Positions 55,352 to 64,000 of a DNA stretch of 64,000 nt are shown here, piece by piece. The notes below the pieces were generated by a model that saw only the letters and a list, made by a program, of their open reading frames with translations, was not told where the DNA came from and made no database searches. Position 1 is the stretch's first letter. Every line of letters begins with the position of its first letter. The position numbers and the translations under genes are program-made. Source of the stretch: Myxococcales bacterium (lineage in GTDB: Bacteria > Myxococcota > B64-G9); assembly GCA_012798435.1 (NCBI GenBank), contig JAAZNF010000118.1:1-64000 (forward strand). The letters are read 5' to 3'.

Positions 55352-58081
55352 TCACAACTTGCCGTAGGATTTGAGCTTGCGCCACAGGGTGTTGTAGCCG
55401 ATGCCCAGCTCCTCGGCGGCGGCCTTCTTGTTGCCGTGGTGCTTGTCCAGCACGGCCAGGATGTAGGCCCGCTCCACCTGCTCGAGCGTCATGTTCTTCT
55501 CCAGGCCCTGGACCACACAGGGAAGATCCTTCTCGTCGACGGAGAGCTGGAAGTCGTCGAGGCGCAGGGTGTCGCCGAGCGCCCGGATCACCGCGCGCTC
55601 CACGGCGTTCTCCAACTCGCGCACGTTGCCGGGCCAGCGGTACTCCAGCAGGAACTTCTCGGCCTGGGCGTCCAGGGCCAGCAAGGGTTTCCCCTCGCGC
55701 TCGCACACCTGCTGGATGAACTGGGCGCACAGCGGCAGGATGTCCTCGCGGCGCTCCCGCAGCGGAGGCACGCGCAGCGAGATGACGTTGATGCGATGGA
55801 AGAGATCCTCGCGGAAGCGGCCCTCGCGGATGAGCGCCGGCAGATCCTGGTTGGTGGCGGCGATCATGCGCACGTCCACCTTGACCACCCGGGTGCTGCC
55901 CACCGGGACCACCTCGCCCTCCTGGAGGGTGCGCAGCAGCCGGCTCTGCATGGAGAGGCTCATGTCGCCGATCTCGTCGAGCAGCAGCGTGCCGCCGTCG
56001 GCCGCCTCGAACAGCCCCTTGCGGTCGGCGTTGGCCCCGGTGAAGGCACCCTTCACGTGGCCGAAGAGCTCGCTCTCGAGCAGGTTCTCGTTGAAGGCGG
56101 CACAGTTGACCTTGAGGAACTTCTGTTCGCGCCGCTGGCTGTTGCGGTGGATGGCCTCGGCCACGCGCTCCTTGCCGGTGCCGTTCTCGCCCAGGATGAG
56201 CACCGTGGCCGAGCTCGCTGCCACGCGGGCGATCTCGGCGATGAGCGTTTTCATGGCCGGGCTCTCGGCGATGATCCCCTGGAAACTCGCGCGGGCCACC
56301 TGCTGCTGCAGCTCCTCCAGCTCGCGCTGGATCTTGTGGCGCTTGTCACGCTCGGCCTGCAGCAGCTTGTGCTGGGTCTCGCGCAGCTCCTGGTTGGCCT
56401 GGGACAGCTCGGCGATGTTGCGCCGCAGGGCACCGGTCATCTCGCCGAAGGCGCGTCCCAGGTCGCCGATCTCGTCGCCGCCCGGCTCGGGCAGGGGCGT
56501 GGCGAGGTCTCCGCCGCCGATCCTGCGGGCGGCGGCGGCGAGCGAACGCACCGGCCGCACCAGCCAGCGGGCGACCAGGCCCGAGAGAATCGTGAGCAAG
56601 AGCAGCGATCCTGCGAAGATCCACAGGAACATCCGCCGCAACTCCCCCGTGCCCCGGGCGATCCCGGCCGACAGGCCCTCTAGCTGGCCGATGAAGCGAT
56701 CGGCGCGGGTCCCCAGCATCACCCCGCCGAAAATGCCGTGCTCGGCGTACGGCCCGGTGTCGTAGAAGATGGGGCTGTACACCCGTGTGCACAGGACGCC
56801 GGCCAGGTTCTGCGCGGTGGCGATGCCGGTGCGGCCGGCGCGGGTCTCCAGCACCAGGCGGTGGTACCCCTCGCCCAGCTTGAAGTCGAGGTGCAGCAGG
56901 TTGAGCGGCAGATGGCCGACCAGCGCCTCCGCCAGGAGGGACTTCTCGCCGTAGGGCAGCAGCGGCCGGCCGGTACGGTCCAGGCCGCGCACGTTCCACA
57001 GCTTGGGGTGGGCGATGACCCAGCCCTGGTCGTCGAACAGGAAGGTGTAGTCGGCGTCGCGATAACCCGCGAACACCGTGGCGTCGTCGTCCATGGCCTT
57101 GATGTGTTGCACGAACTGGAAAAGGTGCAGCGCGTCCAGGGCCAGCACCAGCAGCCCCTGCCGTTCCCCGTCGCTGTCGATGGGCATGGCGAAGCGCAGC
57201 ACGCCGTCGTAGGCCGTGCCTTCGACCACGTCCTCGGGGGCGAACTGGTTGAGGAAGGTACGCAGCTCGAGCTCGCGGGCGCGCGCCTCCTCCTGGCTGA
57301 GATCCGGTGGCACCTCCACCAGGATGCGCGTCTCCTCCCCGGGGACGCCGTACACCTGCACCCGACGGTCCTTCTCCTCGAAATCGGCGCTCTCCTCGAC
57401 CTCTCCGCCCGCGCGCAGCATCTCGTAGAGCAAGAAGCGGTACACGGCCCGATCCCGTGGCGAGCGGTCCTTGAGCTGGGTGATGAGTTTCTCGATACCC
57501 AACGCCTGGATTCGGTTCACGTGGAAGCCGGTGAGGTGCGACACCCATATGCTACCCGCCGGCAGGCGCATGGCCTCGGCGAAGTAGCTCTCGCCGCGGT
57601 AGGTGGTGTTCTTGGGTTGGGAGACGTCGCGGCGCTGCTCCTCGGGCACCGGCTGGCCGCGCCAGATCAAGATGCGCTCCCGGCCGCCGGGTTCGACCCA
57701 GGCGACCTCCTTGTAGAGCGGGATCTCCATGCGCTCCTCGCGCGGCTGCGCGTTGGTCCCGGCGCGGAGCCAGACCTGGCGCTTGCGCTGGCGGGCGAAC
57801 TCGGCGAAGGCCTCCTCGGTGCGCGGCCGGCTCGCCAGCTCTCTCAGATCCCGTTCGCAAGAATGCAGAAAATCCGCGATGCGCCGCGCCACGGCCTGGG
57901 CGCGCAGCTCGTAGGCCCGGCTGGCCTGCAGGGCCTGGTCGCGGATGTTTCCGGCCTGGACGGCCACCGCCACGCCCAGCATGACGAGCGGGATTCCCGA
58001 GAGCAGCACGAAGGCCAGCCACAGCTTGCCGGCGACGGAGCGCAGCCGGAAGGGCGCGAAGAGGCGTGGCCCGGAGGACAT
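55352..58081 (-). CDS. Membrane-bound sigma-54-dependent transcriptional activator (periplasmic sensor region, HAMP, AAA+ sigma-54 interaction domain, Fis-type HTH).
   Basis: Start at MSSGPRLF, Met45 of ORF 55352..58213. Two TM segments flank a periplasmic domain of about 420 aa. HAMP domain. Walker A (GENGTGKE). GAFTGA motif ([10 protein letters not shown]). Arg fingers. C-terminal HTH ([17 protein letters not shown]). Confidence 0.85.
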   Translation of the reverse strand: MSSGPRLFAPFRLRSVAGKLWLAFVLLSGIPLVMLGVAVAVQAGNIRDQALQASRAYELRAQAVARRIADFLHSCERDLRELASRPRTEEAFAEFARQRKRQVWLRAGTNAQPREERMEIPLYKEVAWVEPGGRERILIWRGQPVPEEQRRDVSQPKNTTYRGESYFAEAMRLPAGSIWVSHLTGFHVNRIQALGIEKLITQLKDRSPRDRAVYRFLLYEMLRAGGEVEESADFEEKDRRVQVYGVPGEETRILVEVPPDLSQEEARARELELRTFLNQFAPEDVVEGTAYDGVLRFAMPIDSDGERQGLLVLALDALHLFQFVQHIKAMDDDATVFAGYRDADYTFLFDDQGWVIAHPKLWNVRGLDRTGRPLLPYGEKSLLAEALVGHLPLNLLHLDFKLGEGYHRLVLETRAGRTGIATAQNLAGVLCTRVYSPIFYDTGPYAEHGIFGGVMLGTRADRFIGQLEGLSAGIARGTGELRRMFLWIFAGSLLLLTILSGLVARWLVRPVRSLAAAARRIGGGDLATPLPEPGGDEIGDLGRAFGEMTGALRRNIAELSQANQELRETQHKLLQAERDKRHKIQRELEELQQQVARASFQGIIAESPAMKTLIAEIARVAASSATVLILGENGTGKERVAEAIHRNSQRREQKFLKVNCAAFNENLLESELFGHVKGAFTGANADRKGLFEAADGGTLLLDEIGDMSLSMQSRLLRTLQEGEVVPVGSTRVVKVDVRMIAATNQDLPALIREGRFREDLFHRINVISLRVPPLRERREDILPLCAQFIQQVCEREGKPLLALDAQAEKFLLEYRWPGNVRELENAVERAVIRALGDTLRLDDFQLSVDEKDLPCVVQGLEKNMTLEQVERAYILAVLDKHHGNKKAAAEELGIGYNTLWRKLKSYGKL

Positions 58082-58234
58082 GTTCACCGCCTCCCGCGAA
58101 GCCGCGCCCGGCCTTCCGGCGCCAGCCAGCACGCAAGCCAGCTCGCGCGACCGCCCGCGCTGGCGCTGTCGGCCCCGCGGTCGTCCGCGCACATGGGAAG
58201 CTGCGATGGGCACGCTCGCACTGGCAACAAATGT

Positions 58235-59931
<1,697 letters not shown>

Positions 59932-59935
<4 letters not shown>

Positions 59936-61398
59936 TCCTTGGGCTCCGAGGAGCGGTCCAGATCCATGATGCGTTGCCCCCCGACGTAGGACTTGGTCTC
60001 GTAGCGGGTGAGGTGGCCGATCTTGCGCACGATCTCCGCCATGCGCTCGGTCTCCTGCACGATGATGTCCAGGATGCGGCGGCACTCGTCGGCGTTGCCG
60101 AGCTTGCGGCGGGCCAGCTCGGCGTAGCCCAGCACCGAGGTGAGCGGCTGGTTGAGCTCGTGGGCGGTGGCGCCGGCCAGCTCGGCGATCATGGCCTGCT
60201 TCTCGGTCTTGAGCAGCTTCTCCTGGGCCTGGGAGAGCTTGCGCTCGATGCCCAGGCGCTCGCGCAGGTCCTGGAAGGTGCCCGCCGTGCCCACCTCGCG
60301 GCCGTTCTCGAAGAGGATCCAGGCGGTGAGCTGGATGGGGATGACCTCCCCGTTCTTGGCGATGATCTCCTTGCGAGACGAGGTCAGCCGCCCCGGCCCC
60401 TGGCGCAAGGTGACCATGATCTCCTTCGCCACCCCGGGCGGGTAGAGCCGGGTCACCGGGATGCGCCGGATCACCTCCTCGGCGGTGTAGCCCAGGATGC
60501 GCTCGGCGCCCTTGTTGAACAGGATGATGTTGCCCTTGGTGTCCACCGCGATGATGGCATCGACCGAAGTGTCCACCAGCGTCTCCAGGAAGGTGCGGGT
60601 CTGCTGAAGCTCGCCGATCAGGCGCCGCTCCTTGGAGACGTCGCGCAGGATGACGGCCCTTGCTTCACCGGCGCCTTCCCCCAGTTGGCAGAAAGCGGAA
60701 AGCTCGATGGTCCCGCCGCCGGGACGAATCACAGTGAGGTCGCCTTCTACGCGCGTGCCGGGTCGGGCGGCGTCGAGCGAGGCCAGGAAGGCCCGCGCGC
60801 TCTCCCCCGGCAGCGCCTCCTGCGCCGAAAGACCCGGGAGCGAGGCTGCCTCCCGCCCCAACAGCTCGCACGCCCGGCGGTTGGCCATCTGGATGCGGCC
60901 GTCCCCGCCGACGAGCAGGAGGCCGTGGGGTAGCATCTCCCACAGCTGACGCATGGCCTCGGTCGAGTCCTGGGCGGGCGCCGGCCCCGCCGAAGACGGT
61001 TCCTGGCGTCGACCCCGCACCCGCGCCGCGATTCTCGCCTTGAGTTCCCGGCTCTCGAAGGGTTTTCGCACCCAGTCGTCGGCGCCGGCCTCCAGGGCTT
61101 GCTGAATCAAACCGGGGTCGGAGGAGACCGACAGCACCACGATGGCGACGGAGGCGAGCGACGGGTCTTCGCGGACCTGGCGGCACACCTCCGCGCCGGA
61201 GAGCCCCGGCAGCATCCAGTCCAGCAGCACCGCGTCGGGCCGCTCGCGCCAGATGGCCGCCAGCCCCTCCCGGCCGTCGGCGGCGAGCGTGAGCTCCAGG
61301 TGCGGGTCGTCCAGGCAGGCGCGCAGGTACTCCCGGGTATCGGGGTTGTCCTCGATGATCAGCAGCCGGATGGGGCGTTCCTGGGCCTCGGTGCTCAT
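59932..61398 (-). CDS. Response-regulator receiver, two PAS domains and a HisKA dimerisation/phosphoacceptor domain, with no recognisable HATPase_c domain.
   Basis: Receiver domain (IRLLIIEDNPD...DAVLLDWMLPGLSG). PAS domains. H-box (ATAHELNQPLTSVLGYAEL). The protein ends about 60 aa after the H-box. Confidence 0.75.
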
Positions 61399-61519
61399 GC
61401 GGCCGTCAATGTACCATCGGCGCATCGCCCCTGCAACCCTGACAATCTCAGAGCATGCGGGAGATTTGACTTCCCCAATGGCCGAAGGCTAGACTGCGCC
61501 GCGCCGCTGGAGGCTCACC

Positions 61520-62419
61520 ATGAAATGTCCCAAGTGCGGCCACGACAACCCCGCCGGCACCGCCATCTGCGCAAAGTGCGACAACATCCTGGACAAGTCC
61601 TTCTTGGGGGACGGCTTCACCGATGAACCCGAGGGGTCCGGAGAGGCGGTGGACTTCGGAGACAACACCGACCGTTCCGCGCCGCCGCCGTCGGAGGCCG
61701 GCCAGACCGAGATCGCCCCGCCGCCCACGCGCCGCTCCAGCCGCCGGCCCAGGCCGGCCACCGATCCCGGCCTGCTGGCGGCGAAGACCGCGCGCAAGGC
61801 CGCCTCGCTCGGCGAGGAGCCGACCGAGCACAAGGCCGAGTCCCTCCCCGATGCCCGCAAGCAGAAGCGCTCCGCCCAGGACACGCCGGTGGAGTCGGCC
61901 TTCGCCCCCGAGGAGAACGAGTCCTTGAAGGCCGAAAGCCAGCGCATGGCGGCGGAGATCCGGGTGCAGGTGCGCAAGGGCTGGTCCTTCTACCAGTCCC
62001 TGCGCCTGCCCGAGAAGATCGCCCTGGGGGGTGCGGCGGCGACCTTCCTGTTCTCGTTCTTCCCCTGGGTGCGCTTTCCCCCGCTGGACGCCATCTCCGG
62101 GGTGGACCTCGGCGGTTTGTTCGGCGTGCTGCTTGCAGTCGGCTGCGGGGTGGTGTTGTACCTGCGCATGCGCCCCGAAAACGCTCCCCGCGCCCGCTAC
62201 CTTCTGTTCGCCCAGCTCGGCTGCGCGGCGCTGTGCGCCATCTTCATGCTCACCCGGGTCAGCGCGGCCCGGGGCTACACGCTGTCGGAGGAGGAGCTGG
62301 CCCTGGCCGAGGGCGGCGGGTCGCTGCTCCAGCCCGGCCTGTTCCTCGCCATCCTGGGGAGCCTCGCCATGCTGGGCGGCACCCTGATGCACCACCGCAC
62401 CCTGCTCAACAAAGACTGA
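61520..62419 (+). CDS. Zinc-ribbon, Pro/charged linker and 4-TM membrane-domain protein. Hypothetical.
   Basis: MKCPKCGHDNPAGTAICAKCDNIL zinc ribbon. Low-complexity linker. C-terminal hydrophobic helices. Confidence 0.5.
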   Translation: MKCPKCGHDNPAGTAICAKCDNILDKSFLGDGFTDEPEGSGEAVDFGDNTDRSAPPPSEAGQTEIAPPPTRRSSRRPRPATDPGLLAAKTARKAASLGEEPTEHKAESLPDARKQKRSAQDTPVESAFAPEENESLKAESQRMAAEIRVQVRKGWSFYQSLRLPEKIALGGAAATFLFSFFPWVRFPPLDAISGVDLGGLFGVLLAVGCGVVLYLRMRPENAPRARYLLFAQLGCAALCAIFMLTRVSAARGYTLSEEELALAEGGGSLLQPGLFLAILGSLAMLGGTLMHHRTLLNKD

Positions 62420-62564
62420 TCCCGCGCGGCCGCCGGCCGCAACCCCAAGGAGCACCCGGCGCCGCTGGCCAGGCGGGGACGTGCGGCCAGTTGCTCCAGC
62501 CCAACCTGCTTCTCCCATCATCGAAGATCGGATAGGGCCATGGTGCTTCACGGACTAGCCTGCG

Positions 62565-62820
62565 CTCGGCTTGAGCAGGCAAGGGCCTTCACGGGCAAGC
62601 CCGCTCCGGTCCCTACGGGACTCGCTTCCCTAATCCCCGGATAACGCGAACGGGTCCTGCCGCCTCTTTCCCCGGCTCTCTCCCGAAAGATCGTTCGCCG
62701 GGGGCCCCATCCGCGTCACCCCTTCGCGTACAAAATCCATCGAGGAATCATTGGAGCCGAGTCTTATCTGAGGATTAGGGTCGCTTCGCTCGCCCTTGAC
62801 TGCTGAGGTTGCAATCATGG
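62565..62820 (+). repeat. Copy F of the repeat family. Degenerate/composite: about 165 bp inserted into the core, bounded by a short inverted repeat. The 3' hairpin is missing.
   Basis: CTAGCCTGCGCTCGGCTTGAGCAGGCAAGGGCC ... CGCTTCCCTAATCC[insert]GGATTAGGGTCGCTTCGCTCGCCCTTGACTGCTG. The insert is bounded by CCCTAATCC / GGATTAGGG. Confidence 0.45.
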
Positions 62821-62865
62821 GCCGCGTGGGGATCGGGAGAGGTTCTTTCCAGCAGGCGATTTTCG

Positions 62866-63483
62866 TCACCGCGTGGAGGGGAGGAGGTGGTCGAGGAACT
62901 CGACGGCGCGCGGGTGGGACCAGGCCTTCGGCCCCACGAAGCGGAAGCGCACGCGGCCTTCCGGGTCGATGAGAAAGGTCTCGGGATACTTGAAGGTGCC
63001 GAAGGCCCGGGCCGCCTTCTCGTCCGGGTCGCGCGCCAGCACCACCCCGGGGATGTCGCCGCGCAGCAGCCGGGCCGCCGCGAGGAGCGACGGATCCTCG
63101 GCGCCGCGCTCGGCGAGCGTGGCGGCCAGCCGGTCCACGGCGGCGAAGTCCTCGTCGACGCTGACCAGCACGAGGCGCAGCTCGCGGTTGCGCAGAAGGC
63201 GCGCCAGCGCGGCCAGGTGGGGTAGCTCCTCGATGCACGGGGCGCACCAGCTGGCCCAGAAGTTTACAAGCAGGTGGCGTCCGCTCGCTCCGGAAAGCGC
63301 CAGGCTCGTACCGTCGCGAAGCAAAAGCGAGACAGGGGGCGCCGGCTCGTCGCGGCGCTGGGGCTCGAGGAGCGCCCGCCCCGGATCGGCCAGGCCGGCC
63401 GACGGACCGAGACGCTGGAACAACACCAAACCGATGAGCGAAAGGCTCACAAAGAAAAACACCGTGCGGCCGGTGCGGCTCAC
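62866..63483 (-). CDS. TlpA/ResA-like thiol:disulfide oxidoreductase (thioredoxin fold, membrane-anchored).
   Basis: N-terminal TM segment. WASWCAPC active site. 205 aa. Confidence 0.75.
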   Translation of the reverse strand: MSRTGRTVFFFVSLSLIGLVLFQRLGPSAGLADPGRALLEPQRRDEPAPPVSLLLRDGTSLALSGASGRHLLVNFWASWCAPCIEELPHLAALARLLRNRELRLVLVSVDEDFAAVDRLAATLAERGAEDPSLLAAARLLRGDIPGVVLARDPDEKAARAFGTFKYPETFLIDPEGRVRFRFVGPKAWSHPRAVEFLDHLLPSTR

Positions 63484-64000
63484 GCGGGCCCTCCTTCACG
63501 CGAGAGGAAGTCCTCGGCGAGCCGGCGGCCTTCCCGCCCGGCGCGCAGGGCGTCCTCCAGGGTCTCCCCGGCCAGCTCCGGCAGCCGCGCCATCGCGTCG
63601 GCAAGGAGTGGCAGGATGCGCGCGAAGGGCAGGTGGCCTTCCCGAAACGCCTCGACCGCCGCCTCGTCGGCCGCCGCCAGGGCCGCCGGCGCGCCGCCGC
63701 CGCGCCGCAGCGCCTTGCGGCATAGCCCGAGCGCCGGGAAGCGCGTCTCTTCGCCCGGGGAGAAATCCAGCCGCGAGAGCGCGACGGGGAGCGGCGGGGA
63801 AGAGTCCAGCCGGTCTAGCGGCAAGCGCTCCGGGCCGGCGAGCGCCCAGGCGATCGAGAGGCGCATGTCGGGCGGGCCGAGCTGGGCCAGCGTCGAGCCG
63901 TCACGCAGCTCGAGCATGCCATGCACGACGCTCTGGGGATGGATGAGCACCCCGATGCGCTCCTCGGGCAGATCGAAGAGCCAGTGGGCCTCGATGATCT
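63480..64000 (-). CDS. dxr: 1-deoxy-D-xylulose-5-phosphate reductoisomerase, C-terminal part. The gene continues beyond the window end.
   Basis: LIHPQSVVHGMLELRDGSTLAQLGPPDMRLSIAWALA matches the conserved Dxr C-terminal region. The reading frame is open to position 64000. 4-bp overlap with the thioredoxin gene start. Confidence 0.8.
   Translation of the reverse strand, partial: IIEAHWLFDLPEERIGVLIHPQSVVHGMLELRDGSTLAQLGPPDMRLSIAWALAGPERLPLDRLDSSPPLPVALSRLDFSPGEETRFPALGLCRKALRRGGGAPAALAAADEAAVEAFREGHLPFARILPLLADAMARLPELAGETLEDALRAGREGRRLAEDFLSREGGPA

Overview
The window is GC-rich (about 70% by eye) and densely coding. Three proteins end in a MYXO-CTERM-type sorting tail (Gly/Cys-rich patch, hydrophobic helix, Arg-rich end), and one giant lipoprotein carries Myxococcus-type cysteine-rich repeats, so the source is probably a Myxococcota chromosome. 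The high GC produces many long antisense shadow ORFs in the supplied track; I rejected these.

Supported content, in order:
- a metallophosphoesterase, a 23S rRNA methyltransferase (RlmD/RumA family), a sensor histidine kinase, and an FAD-dependent oxidoreductase;
- a complete rpoN neighbourhood: lptC-like, lptA, lptB, rpoN, hpf, ptsN, hprK, rapZ, ptsH, ptsI;
- a Get3/ArsA-like ATPase;
- a three-gene SPFH cluster whose Band-7 (SPFH) protein is fused to three C-terminal zinc ribbons;
- a 1268-aa cysteine-rich-repeat lipoprotein;
- a methionine synthase (metH) that lacks the reactivation domain;
- an outer-membrane/exoprotein locus: a beta-barrel protein, a giant HExxH-motif protein with TolB-like repeats, and an S8 subtilisin with a MYXO-CTERM tail;
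- an FmdB zinc-ribbon protein plus TPR lipoprotein pair, and an orphan GAF-GspE secretion-type ATPase;
- a bacterial-type tungsten aldehyde:ferredoxin oxidoreductase (AOR) cluster with two ThiS/MoaD-like genes and a polyferredoxin;
- two further MYXO-CTERM proteins, one with IPT/TIG-like beta-sandwich repeats and one with a lamin-tail domain plus Cys-rich repeats;
- a co-directional Hdr-Mvh module: hdrD-like, hdrA, mvhD, mvhG, mvhA and a hydrogenase maturation protease;
- a Trp/Tyr/Gly-rich secreted protein with a textbook sigma-54 promoter, lying directly downstream of a membrane-bound sigma-54 enhancer-binding protein (EBP), a GAF-PAS histidine kinase and a receiver-PAS-HisKA protein;
- a TlpA-like thioredoxin and the 3' part of dxr.

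The most notable unexplained signal is a dispersed, highly structured intergenic repeat of about 130 bp. It has five clear copies plus one degenerate or composite copy. Sequence changes between copies are compensatory in two stems and in a terminal hairpin. One copy sits inside the hydrogenase operon.

I found no rRNA, tRNA, CRISPR array or recognisable transposase or integrase.
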